In this document: in pieces, positions 12,085 through 24,160 of the stretch
Numbering within the stretch: the stretch's first letter is position 1
How the letters are laid out: each line of letters starts with the position of its first letter
Source of the DNA: Octopus bimaculoides
Lineage: Eukaryota
Direction of reading: 5' to 3'
Length of the DNA stretch: 64,000 bases
Assembly: GCF_001194135.2 (NCBI RefSeq)
Contig: NC_068983.1
Coordinates: 54,113,048 to 54,177,047 of the forward strand
Notes under the pieces: model-generated
The model's input: the letters and a program-made list of their open reading frames with translations, nothing else
The model's database searches: none
What the model was told of the DNA's origin: nothing
Position numbers and translations under genes: made by a program

Positions 12085-13627
12085 TACAAACGTCTTTTTT
12101 TTTTTTTATTCAAATGTGTATCTCTTTTTTATTCTTTTTTTTTAATGTCATTATTCCAACCAAAATTTGCACAAAACACCCAAGAATACAAACTGATTGG
12201 AGATGATTTTTATTTTAGTTTCGTTTTCAATAATTTGTTTCGCTTTTTTACTTAAGTCTCCATTTATAAGGGCGGATCAGGATTTGGTTAAAGCAGACAT
12301 TAATATATTGTAGAATGTTGAAAAAGAAAACAGAAATCTTAGACAAATTTATTTTCCTTTGTTAAATATTATTAATAGGACAGGAAAAAAAAAAAAAAGA
12401 TATAAGGGAATTTTGGAAGCTTCAAGATGTCAGTTCTGAAGAATAGAGTTGTCTTTGATTATTTTTCATGTCCAAAGAACAACAAATTTTATTCTTTTTT
12501 TAAACTTTTTTTATTTAATTTTTTTTACATATTTTATAAAACAATTTTTAAAAGTGAAGAGTCAGCTGGTATAAGTCAAAATGTTAAGACCATTGGAAAA
12601 AGAAATATATAAACGTGTGTATGAACACATATGTCCTTACTTTGCTAATTCAAAGGGGTGAGTGTGTGTTTATATATATATATATCCAAATTTTTTTCAA
12701 TAGATATATATAATCTATATCCTAATTCTTTTATTCAATATATATAATTATCATTTATATATATCCTAGTTTTTTTTTATTCAAAAGATATCTCCTAATT
12801 TTGCTTATTCAAAAGATATAATATATATATATCTCAATTCTTTTATTCACAGGATATAGATATATAAACCTTATTCTTTCTTTCAAAGGATATAATCCTT
12901 GATCTTGATCATGACATTGAAAGGCTAGGTATCATTTTCATATTCTAGGTTTGAAATGATAATCATTTTATTTTCATTATTCTTATAATTTGTTAATGAA
13001 ACAGAAATTTAATTTATGCCCCGCCTCCCCCATCTCAATTTCATCTCCGGTGTAATTATGGCTACTGATTCTGTGATTCTTTGAAAAGAAACCAAAACAG
13101 GAGCTGTTTTATATAATCACAGCATTATGGTTCACCAGACATTAAAGGTGATAGAAATAGATAGAAGTGATGAGTGAAGGCTGACTTTGCTCTTCTCTTT
13201 TGCACTTTATATTCTTAGATGTTTAGCTTTTAAAATGCTTTAGGATTTACCCAGCTCATATTTCTGACATTTCATGCATTCAAAGCACCATCATTTGATA
13301 TTTTCTATTCATTTTTTTTTTTTTTTTGCTTTCAGTTTTCAAAACCATTCAAAGAATTTTTTATTTCTGATTTTAACTTTCTTGCTTTTTTGGTTTAGTT
13401 CCTTTCTTTTTTTATTTGTTAAATTTATATTTTTTTTCCAACTGAACCTTATTAAAGATGTGTGTAATTGTATAAAAAAAAGGATTTTATTGAGAGATTA
13501 TCATTAATTTGTTTGCAGATTTTATGTAAAAAAAAAAAAAACCCAAATCAGTTGGAGCAAGTGTGAATACTTTTTTGAAATTTCCTTTTTTCTTTCTCTC
13601 TAACATCCTTTATTTTCTTTGCCAAAT
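12085..13627 (-). other. Probable 3' UTR of the TNF ligand (extent uncertain)
   Basis: Very AT-rich stretch after the stop codon that lacks the SINEs found elsewhere. It has several minus-strand AATAAA hexamers (e.g. 13609-13614, 12842-12847, 12776-12781, 12730-12735, 12105-12110); the last is followed by a GT/T-rich tract. Confidence 0.45.
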
Positions 13628-14064
13628 TCAATTAATTTTGAACAATCCAAAATAATTTGATTTAGGGTCGCTTGTTAGTAATGTTAGATTTGAAACCTTA
13701 ACAAAGATTTCATCCCCTTGTCTCAGCTGAAAAACTGCTCCAAGGTAGCTAGTGTATTCCCCGAAGGATTTATTATGACCCCAACACTTAGTTATAGAGT
13801 TTTGGATCAATGTTTCTTCTCCTCCATGAGGATAGATCAAATTATACCTATAGAGGTAATGTGATAAACTCGGTGAAGTTGTTGATGGCGGTTTTGAGTT
13901 GCCTTGTTTGATATCAACCACTTCCAAGAAAGATACTTGGCTATAGATGAAATATACTCCTGTAGATGGAATAACGATTCTACCGTGACGATATTTGGCT
14001 CTTTGGATAAATCCAAGATCTCTGTTATAAATCCATTCACCAATTGTTATTTGTTTACCAGGTA
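13628..14064 (-). CDS. TNFSF10-like: Terminal coding exon of a TNF-superfamily ligand (TRAIL/TNFSF10-like), encoding most of the TNF homology domain
   Basis: The listed ORF 13628..13927 extends upstream without a stop to a strong acceptor (ttttcttctctatcttcag|, AG at 14065-14066). In phase 1 it reads PGKQITIGEWIYNRDLGFIQRAKYRHGRIVIPSTGVYFIYSQVSFLEVV...LIQNSITKCWGHNKSFGEYTSYLGAVFQLRQGDEIFVKVSNLTLLTSDPKSNYFGLFKIN*. It has the TNF-family motifs G.I.IP..G.YFIYSQV.F, SYLGAVFQL..GD.I.V and a terminal YFGLF. Confidence 0.95.
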
Positions 14065-16588
14065 CTGAAGATAGAGAAGAAAACAGAAATGATTAGTGGC
14101 CATATGCATAATAAAAGGAACAATTCGAAATCAATAATGGATGAATGATCAATAATCTTGATTCTAAGCTGTTGTTTCATAAAACCTTTATCATTAAATT
14201 TTTTTTTTATTTTTGAAAATTAATCAAAGCACACACTTTATTCCATTAAAAATATGAGCACAAAATAGTCAGTGCATGAACGAATGAATGTGCTTCTTCA
14301 CACATAAACACCAAGATGAAGGGGGGGGGGGTCTGTTATTATTTCCTAATACAGGGGTTAAGTAGAAAAATATACCTCTTTTAAAAGCATAATCTCACAT
14401 CGGTGTGATTAGGAGTAAAAAATTTGTAGATAAATTATGATTAATAACAGGAAGACTATTTCAAGAACACAACTTTTGTGCTTTAGATGTTGTTTTTGGT
14501 AGAGAAGAGTGAAATTAAGATATATTCTTTTCTCAAAGTTATTCAAATTTTTGCTCTTCAATTTAAATAGTTGTAACTTTATTTATAAAAGAAATAAAAC
14601 TGCAACAATAACCTGACTAATATGAGTTGCTATTTTGTAGTGTTGGATGATACCAGAAATAGTACAAAGAGGATCATAACTTAATACCTTTCCTTAAACT
14701 AAAATGCTATGTAGAGGTGCAACTTACTGCTGTTGGCATCAGAGCCACTGTAATTGTTAGGTGTTTTATTGGCATATAGTGCAGAACAAAAAGACTGAAG
14801 CAAGCAGAGATCATTTGTAGAAAGAATTGTGTAATGAAACTCTCCAGGAAAAAGTAAGACCATATTTCTAATGTGTTAACAAAGTGAACTTACACCCATG
14901 GTTATCATTTACAGCTGAATAAATTGAGACATTTGATTCTCTATCATTCTCTATCAGTAATTAGCATGTGGCTATATTAATTGGCATGCATGTCATCTGA
15001 TAGCAATTGCAGCATACATGGCAACAGTTTTTGCAGCTATATCCAACATATTTGTCTAATTATTGCGACGGCTGATCACACTTTTCTATATACATTGCTG
15101 CACATGAAACCAGATTCTTTCTATGCACAATATTAGCATGTGGTACATTTCCCCATCAAAATATATTAGTGCCTAAAAAACAGATTCATTATCCCTCTGA
15201 CTATCTCTTGATAGTTAGACTACTATATCATTTCACAATAGTAACCCCTTTTTATTTCTTTAAACTTAACATTCCCTATTTCATAAGGGTCACGTGTATG
15301 TTATATTACGTACGAACATAGTGATATTTCACCTTATTTTGGGCAACTTTCTTGATGCCAAATTTGAAACCATTTCATACATTATCAATAATTTTATCTT
15401 GTCAATCAGACATTTCATTGTCAAATTTTGACTTATTGACAATCAGGGAATATATTTGCCTTGTTGGTTTTTATAATAGAACAAAACTTAATCGATTTAT
15501 TCAGCATTTCCACTTATATAATTTGACTTCAATATTTTCTACAATTGTTATAATAACAAACAAAGTAACCAAAGTCCCTAACTATTGAGTTAACCTTCCT
15601 ATTCAACCTCCACTAAACTGGGTGATTAGCTGAGCCAGTAACAGCTTGCCTGATGATGTTTTTAAAATCTGAAAATTGTTTCTAGTCTTTAAATCAAAAG
15701 ACAATATTCTCTACAAGAAAGCCACAATTAGAACAACAAATAATTGGATGCTGTTTGACATAAACCAACAAACTGAACATCTGTAGCTCTGGCTTGACAG
15801 ACATTTAATCAGCTGTCTTTCTGCTGGGAGCCTGTTTCAGTATGACTGATCAGAGTTGTTAAATAACAACAGCTGTAATGTTATTTGTGATGGCTTTCTT
15901 TTTGAATTACGGCAATTAATTGGGTGATTTTATTTTGGATACAGTCTAATATGTTCATATGCAGCAGCAACACTGTTCCAGAGTAGGGAACAGTATTCTG
16001 TTCTGGAGCTAATTTTTATTTCCAGTGTTTTGGTCCCAAAATTCAATCGTTTTTTTCTCTTTTCTGGCTCTGAACAAGAAGGCTTAACTTTGAGTATAAT
16101 AATAATAATAATACTTTTTACTATAGGCACAAGGCGTGAATTTTTTTTGGGGGGTGGGGGGGTTATTCAACTACATCAACCTCAGTGCTCAACTGGTACT
16201 TATTTTATTGATCCCCAAAGGAAGAAAGGCAAAACCTGATCTTGGCAGTTTTGAACTTAGGACATAAAAATGAGTGAAATTCATTGAGCATTTTGTCCAG
16301 TGTACTAATGGCTATGCCAGCTCACTGCCACAATAGTAGTAGTTAATATTGAAGTAATACAGCTGGTATTTCAAGTTTGTTTATCTTGTATGTGTTTGTA
16401 GTAAATTTTTTAAAGTTCAGAATTGTTCTGTAGCCTTGCATTTAAATTCAGTAGCATTTGGAATCATATATTATATCCTTCAACCAATGAGCCTTTGTTA
16501 TTACTATATCAAAAGCTCTAATTGCCAAACCCCACCTTCTTATTCAGGGCCAGGAGATACTCTAGTTTCTAACAGGTTTTGATTCTCT

Positions 16589-16807
16589 TTAACCCTTTCC
16601 CATTCAGATTACTGTGTGTAATGTAATGCTTATTTATTCACATTGTTTCGAATTATGCATCATCTTGTAGCTTTGAGATTTTGATAAATAACTTTTTATT
16701 TTTAGAATGACATTGTAGGGTTGGTATAAGAGGCTAGATCTGTCCAGTTTGGATATAAAACAGGTAGAGTATTTTGGCCTGATATGGTTTAAATGCTAAA
16801 GGGTTAA
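16589..16807. mobile_element. TTAA-flanked MITE (piggyBac-type), about 215 bp
   Basis: ttaaccctttcccatt at the left end and aatgctaaagggttaa at the right (TIR TTAACCCTTT..CATT). A partial second copy lies at about 26778-26930. Confidence 0.8.
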
Positions 16808-17654
16808 AGCTCAAGTTAGATCCACAATAGAATATTGCTCCTGCAACTGGAATAGTGCTGTTGTTATGCATATATCTTACACAAAAAGAAAACAATCCAA
16901 CTGTTGACCATAATGTCACTCACACATAAACTTTATTCTGTAACCCCCAAATACTTTCTCTCTCTCTACTCTGCTTATTACTGCTACAACAATTTTTCCT
17001 TGCTCCTGAGATCCAGTTAATTATACACTGTATCTACCTAGCAATTTCCTCTTGTCACCTACAATGTGTCCTTCGCTGCACCAATTGCCTTCCTCTTCAG
17101 GGCATCAGGTGTCTGGAATTTCCTCAGTGTGGTAATTCCTGCAGTTAGTCAAAATGACTAATATCTATTTCACCCAGTCTGCCAGACTCAAATCAACACA
17201 GTTGCATAATAGCTAACAGTATTTCCCAAATATAAACCAGTGAAAATTGCTAGAATAACATTTTCACTCACACTTTACACTATTATTACATACTGTTTCA
17301 CTGAGACAGTCCCACAGTTAAACATGAATTACATTTTTATTTTGCAAGTGTTTATTTTCATTTTGTCACAACAAGGTTATGTGTGGAATTATTGTGGCAG
17401 ATTTATTTACTAATAGACATTAAAATTGCTAGAGCCACTAAATTCTACCTAGTTACAAGACAAGTTACATAAGAACATGATAAGAATATTTAATATCTAT
17501 GCAAGATGATGAGAAAACTTTTCACAGATTATAAACGACCAGATAAAGTAGTTTATGCTATCTAACTCTCTGCTTCAAATGTAAGTATTTAATCTCTGCA
17601 GATGGTAGTTGCAGCTTTCAGGCTTAACTAAATAAAAACTAACATATATCTTTG

Positions 17655-18235
17655 CACTCATGATTGCAAGATCGGAAGTTCGATTCCTGGACTGACCAGT
17701 GTGTGTTCTTGAGCAAAATGCTTCGTTTCATATTGCTCCAGTCCACTCAATCTGCTGCAGAGTTATTCATTTACAGCTAACCCTCAAGTGGAGGGGGTGG
17801 AGATGTTGGTCTGCTCACCTAGCCAGTATAGTGTGACATCATTCAGAAGCTAAAATGATGCAAAGCACATTGTGACCAGTGATGTATAACAATATCTCAT
17901 AGTCTGGTGGATCATGTGATCATCATCATTTAATGTCCACTTTCCATGCTGGCATGGGTTTGACAGTTTGACTGGAAGAGGTAAACTGGAGAGCTACATC
18001 AGGTTCCAGTCTGATTTTGGCATGGTTTCTACAGCTGGTAGCCTGTCAAAATGCCAACCACTCCAAGAGTGTAATGGGTACCATTATGTGTCACCAGCAT
18101 AGGTGCCTGTTACATGCCCCTGGTGCTCTTGCATGTCACCAGCATGGATGCTTGTTACATTCCACAGGTAGTGCCATTATGTGTCACCAGCATGGGTGCT
18201 TTTACGTGTCACCAGCATGTAAAAGCACCTGTGCT
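17655..18235. mobile_element. SINE family E (+, about 17655-17915) followed by SINE family B (-, about 17920-18235)
   Basis: gttcgattcctgg...ttcttgagcaa...ttgctccagtccactca, then catcatcatttaatgtccac...ctggtagcc. Confidence 0.7.
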
Positions 18236-18404
18236 TTCTAATTGCATAGCTTCAGGTTCAGTCCCATTTTGATTCACCTTGGGTAAATGTCTTCCACTAT
18301 AACCCCAGGCTGACCAAAGTTTTCAAAGAAGCCTGTAATATGTGTATGTGCATATGTTTCTGCCTGGACATTGCATCATAACTGTGTTAGACCATACTCT
18401 CTCT

Positions 18405-18794
18405 CTTTACTCTTTTACTTGTTTCAGTCATTTGACTGCGACCATGCTGGAGCACCGCCTTTAGTCGACCCCAGGACTTATTTGTTGTAAGCCTATTACT
18501 TATTCTATCGATCTCTTTGGCCGAACTGCTAAGTTACGGGGACGTAAACACACCAGCATCGGTTGTCAAGCGAAGTTGGGGGGACAAACACGGTCACACA
18601 AACATACACACACATACTTATATATACATATATACGATGGGCTTCTTTCAGTTTCCGTTTACCAAATCCACTCACAAGGCTTTGGTTAGCCCGAGGCTAT
18701 AGTAGAAGACACTTGCCCAAGGTGCCCACGCAGTGGGACTGAACCCAGAACCATGTAGTTGGTAAGCAAGCTACTTACCACACAGCCACTCCTG
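18405..18794 (-). mobile_element. SINE family A, near full length
   Basis: Close to the other young copies (25235, 51689, 52786); tRNA-like head at the right end. Confidence 0.9.
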
Positions 18795-19651
18795 GGAAAA
18801 TCTTACCTAGCTTAGAAACAGGTGAAGGGTGATGACATTACATGTTTTATTTAACAAGTGTTTATTTTAATTTTATTACAACAAGCTTATGTGTGGATTT
18901 ATTGTAGTAGATTTATTTACTAATAGACATTAAAATTGCTAGAGCCACTAAATTCTACCTAGTTACAAGACAAGTTACATAAGAATATTCCTTAATGAGC
19001 TCTGTTCACTGCATGCAAACATGGAAAAGTGGATGTAAAAGGATTATACATATATACATGCACCATATTGACTTTTATATGTCATACCTAATTTTTTAAA
19101 CTTAACATTGGGTATAAAATAGTGTGACTTATATACAAGTAAATATGGCAGTTGTTATACATCACTGATCACAATGCACTTCTCATTGTTTTAGGTTTTG
19201 TATGACACAACCTCACTGGCTTGGCAAGCAGGCTAACATTCCTCCCTGATCAGAAAGCTGTTCTGTCACAGGATGAACCATTTACAGCTGAGTAGACTGG
19301 AGCTCAAGAACACAATGCACCACCTGATTTGTGATTGAAACCCATGATCTAACAATCGTAAGTGCAACACTCTAACCATGCCCTTTTACACATGCATGCA
19401 TGTGTGTGTGAGTATATCTACAATCAGCTTCTGGTAAAACCTTGAACCATAGCAACACTACTCACAGGAGATGAATATGAGGTACTGGGAACAGAGTAGC
19501 AAAACACACTCCACTTCAAGTTATACTCAAAAGAGATGAATTCTGTACTATAAGCTATGGAAACATTAGGCAATAATACAGTGCTTCTGCTGTTTATAGT
19601 AATGAGTTCTTTATCCATTGTGTAGTACAGTTAATATCAAATCACAATCAA

Positions 19652-19992
19652 ATGGAAATTGTAGTTGTGGCCGATACCAGTGCTGCTGGCACACAATAAG
19701 CACCATTCATGTGTGGGTCATTGCTAGATCCACCTGACTGGCTCCCTGTGCCAGTGACATGTGAAGAGCACCATTCGAACATGGTCGATGCCAGCCCCGA
19801 CTGGCTCTTGTGCTGGTGGCAGGTAAAAAGCACCCACTATACCTTTGGAGTGGTTGGTGTTAGGAAGGGCATTCAGATGTAGAAACATTGCCAGATCAGA
19901 CTGGAGCCTGGTGCAGCTTCCTGGCTTGCCAGTCCCCAGTCAAACCATCCAACCCATACCAGCATGGAAAACGGATGTTAAACGATGATGAA
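19652..19992 (+). mobile_element. SINE family B
   Basis: Central ggttggtgttaggaagggcatt motif and aaacgatgatg tail. Confidence 0.85.
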
Positions 19993-20891
19993 GTATAGGT
20001 TATAGACAAATTGCATTGTTAGTGATTGGACATAAACTAGCAATTTTGTTAATCCAATGTCCCCATCACCTTAGTCATCTACAAGCCAGGTCATGCTGGA
20101 GCAATGCTTTGAAAAAATTCCTCAAAACCAATCGAAACCCAGTACTATTTTTAGTATTTAGCCTGGTATTTAATTTAGTAGTCCCTTTTGTTAAACTGCT
20201 AAGTTAAGGGGATGGAGAAACCAGCATCTGTTACATAGTGGCCACACACACACACACACAAACAGCCAGTTGCCACAGTTTTCATTGATCAAATTCCCTC
20301 ACGTGGCATTGGTTGATTCAGGGCTATGGTAGAATATACTTTCTTAAAGTGCTGCACAGTGGGACTGAACTGAAAACCCCATGGTTGTAAAGTGAACTAC
20401 TTAACCACACCTCTACATGTTTTCTTTTGTTGTTGTAAGTCACTTCCAACAAGGCAGTAGCTAGAAAACAGTAATAAAACAAACCTCAAGCAATTACTTG
20501 GTCTTGTGGGAGTTACAAAAGAAAAGGAGAAAAGAAATCTAATGAGATACCGCCCTAAAATCTATAAATCAATCAGAACAAGATTTAAAAGAATTAAGAT
20601 TATATCAGAGAAATGAGAAGGAAGAGAGTTCTATAAGACAGCTATTTGAGAGAAACTGCTGGAGAGAAACTCTTGAAGCAATTGGAAACAACAACAACAA
20701 CAACATTGAAAGGAAGAGAATTAGAAGGATTGTGAGTCACTTGATTAAAGAAGAAGCGTAAGAATGGAAAAAAAGAAAAAGGAAACTCATGAGAAGGAAA
20801 GTTCAGCAGAACAGGTACCATGGAATAGATAGAAAGAATGTCCCAGTGCTGAGAGAAGGGTCAAAGTTTAACTTCAAAAAATAATAAACAA

Positions 20892-21502
20892 AGGTGCAGG
20901 AGTGGCTGTGTGGTAAGAAGTTTTCTTCCCAACCACATGGTTCCAGGTTCAGTCCCTCTGCATGGTATTTTTAGCAAGTGTCTTCTACAATAGCTTGGGG
21001 CCAACCAAAGTCTTGTGAGGCAGAATTTGGTAGGCAGAAACTGAATGAAGGCGGCGAGCTGGCAGAAACGTTAGCACGCCGGGCAAAATGCTTAGCAGTA
21101 TTTCGTCTGCCGCTACGTTCTGAGTTCAAATTCTGCCGAGGTCGACTTTGCTTTTCATCCCTTCGGGGTCGATTAGTTAAGTACCAGTTACAAACTGGGG
21201 TTGTTATAATCGACTTGATCCATTTGTCTGTCCTTGTTTGTCTCCTCTATGTTTAGCCCCTTGTGGGCAATAAAGAAATAAGAAACTGAATGAAGCCTAT
21301 CATGTGTATGTGTGTGTTTGTTCCCCACTATTGCTTGACAACTGGTGTTGGTGTGTTTGTTTCCCATAACTTAGAGATCAAGAGAATAAGTATCAGGCTT
21401 AAAAAATTAATAAGTACTGGAATCAATTCATTTGACTAAAATTCTTCAAGGTGGTGCCCCAGCATGGCCTCAGTTTAAAGATTGAAACAAGTAAAAGATA
21501 AA
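20892..21502 (+). mobile_element. SINE family A interrupted by a young family C SINE (about 21049-21280)
   Basis: 15-bp target-site duplication agaaactgaatgaag at 21036-21050 and 21281-21295; the host element resumes after it. Confidence 0.9.
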
Positions 21503-21527
21503 GGAAAAAACAATGTTAGAAAATTGC

Positions 21528-21935
21528 TTTTGAACTGGATCAAGAAGGGAACAAACACCAGCAGAGGCAACAGCCCATATTTGAAAAGAGCAGCCAACTC
21601 TCCCTCAAATACCAGCTTACCATCTTAAAGTAGACAACTTGTTTTTGAGCTTGATCAAGGAAAAGAAGAACAGCAGATGTAGTATTAGCCAAGGTATGAA
21701 AATAGCAGCCAAATCTCCCTCAAACCATAGTCTGAACTTGATTGATAACAAAAGGAACACTTGAAGATGCATCAGCTCAAATGTGAAAATAGCAGACAGT
21801 TCTCCCTCAAATACCAGCTTATCTTAAAAGTAGACAACTTGTTTTTTTGAGCTTCATCAAGGAGAGAAAGAACACCAGTCATAATGTGAGCCCAGATAAG
21901 AAAATAGCAGTTAAATATCCTTCAAATATCAGGCT
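21528..21935. repeat. Degenerate tandem repeat, four units of about 100 bp with an ABAB structure of about 200 bp
   Basis: gaaaa[t/g]agcag..aa.tct[c]cctcaaa occurs four times; units 1 and 3 share ctccctcaaataccagctta...gtagacaacttgttttt...gagctt.atcaagga. Confidence 0.7.
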
Positions 21936-22563
21936 ACAATCTCAGACAAAAGATGCATTGAAGAGAAAAGGACAGGATTTTCAAGTTAAAGTGACTTTAA
22001 TCATGGGGGTCTCTGCAGTTAGGACTGAACAGGGACTGAACAGCAACAACATGGCCATCCCTACTTAGTCTTGATGATTTGTACACTGTGTTTACCAAAG
22101 GAATTTTCACTAAGCCAAAGATTTCTAAATTATAAGAAATAAAGTCCTTGAAATCCAATCTGACATATTTGTGTTTAACTAAAGCTATAAAAGGAAAATA
22201 TTTGGATGAGATAATCTACTTTAGCTGTGGAATGATAAAGTTGGCTCAATGTTGTCAATATTCTATAAAACAAAACCCCCCCCCAAAAAAACTAACATCT
22301 ATCACATTGTGATGATGATGATGATGATGATGGTGGTGATGATGATTATTATCATCAAATTCTAAAATTGTGTTTGTTTAAATTCTACTTCTCATAGTCA
22401 AATATGACGTTACTACATGTTAAATGGCATCAGGTTCTGTAGAAGAGAAGAGAGTAAATAGTGGAATTATGTTATCACTATTATTTCTTTCTTACTTCTA
22501 TAGAGATAAATTAAACTAACACAAACAATTTGATGTGCACATACCACATACACACGCATACAT

Positions 22564-22597
<34 letters not shown>

Positions 22598-22730
22598 TTA
22601 CTAAAAAGTTTTGTCTGCATAAGAGTGGAGTATATGTGACTGTATACATATGCGTGCATGTACACTCACTCAAATACTTTTGTGTGTATATGAATTTATA
22701 CATTTACAAAAATATTTGTAAGAGAGTGTG

Positions 22731-22772
<42 letters not shown>

Positions 22773-23092
22773 TACCCAAATACTTTAGTGTACATATGTA
22801 TTCATATATTCGTAAAAATACTTTTGTGAGTGTATATGTATATATATGTATGGGTGTGTGTATATGTATATATGCATATACATATATATACATATATACA
22901 CTCACAAAAAAGAACATTTGTAAATAGAAGCAAAAACGATGTCGAACAACATTAATATTACCATTGTAGCAATAATGGAACTCTTAACTACGAAATAAAG
23001 TGATACATGAAAGATTTTCAGAGTCTACATTAGAGCTATACACACCTCAAGCTGTATATGTGTATATAATACGTATGTATGTGTATACATAC

Positions 23093-23107
23093 CCTTCCTG
23101 GTTATAT
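23093..23107 (-). CDS. TNFSF10-like: 15-nt symmetric microexon of the TNF ligand, adding DITRK to the AA' loop
   Basis: Minus strand reads ttatttttctctgctttttccccacttctcctgtttccttcag|ATATAACCAGGAAGG|gtatgt: a roughly 40-nt pyrimidine tract, CAG acceptor and GTATGT donor. It is stop-free in phase 1 and gives ...VPSR-DITRK-VPGK.... No transcript evidence is available. Confidence 0.7.
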
Positions 23108-23257
23108 CTGAAGGAAACAGGAGAAGTGGGGAAAAAGCAGAGAAAAATAAAATAATAGAATTTTGAAGGTGATTGCCTATTACTAACTTTATTTATTGCT
23201 GTCTCTCCTACTACATGAAAGGAAATATTTAATATCAAAAACTGCTAGTGTTTCATG

Positions 23258-23292
<35 letters not shown>

Positions 23293-24160
23293 CTGTATGT
23301 GTGTGTGTGTGTATGTGAGAGAGAGAAAGAGATAGATACATTATGCAATTTACCAGAAAATAAATCTAGTAATGTTGACAAAATGTAATTAAGCAATGAT
23401 AAACACACACATGTATATATTTATACACATATATATGTAAACTCACACATGCACACACACACACACACATATATGTTAGCATATGTGCATATATATAAAT
23501 ATATATTGGCATATATGCATATACACACATATGTACACATACATGTATATTCATATATACACATACATGTATATTCACATATATGCATACACACAAACAT
23601 GTGTGTGTGTGTTAAAGCAGATAAAGACAGTTTTCTCTTTCCACTCCATAAACACTAGTTGGAGGTTTCTGGAAGGAAGTTTAATATTTTAGATTATCTA
23701 ATTTATACAAATTTCAAAAGAAATATTTTCAAACAATAATTTTACTCTCACCCACTCTTTTATTTATTTAGCCATAGCAGCTGCAAAAGCGGCAGCAGTA
23801 GTAGTCCTACCATCATCATCATCATCGTCATCTTTGTCTCTGAGGCAATAAGGAGCTTTGATGGTGTTGCTCGGCATTCTAGAAATAGCAGTTGAGTCTC
23901 CTTCAGATAATCACACACTATGTTAGATATTGTCTCAGATACAACTGAGTCTGAACATAAAGCTGTGATGAAGCTAAAAGGTTCCACCCAGGGCAGTTTT
24001 TGAGTTTGCTGCCCCTTCTCCCAGGCCTCCAAGCATTTACAAACCTACACAGCAGACCCAAACATGCTGCTCATGGTGAACCCCAATCTTTGATTTTCTT
24101 GAGCTATGCTATTAATATAAGGTAGGATGGTTGTTATTGGAACATCTTTGACCAACAGAC

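Noticed and set aside
18017-18241. Short repeated units (tgtcaccagcatgg) with variable spacers, superficially like a repeat-spacer array
   Set aside because: These are the internal gtgccacc-type repeats of family B SINEs; irregular and in a eukaryotic context, so not CRISPR.
23830-24035. Minus-strand peptide FITALCSDSVVSETISNIVCDYLKE, faintly like Harbinger transposase
   Set aside because: Similarity is too weak by eye, with no GAIDG motif and no TIRs; needs a profile search.
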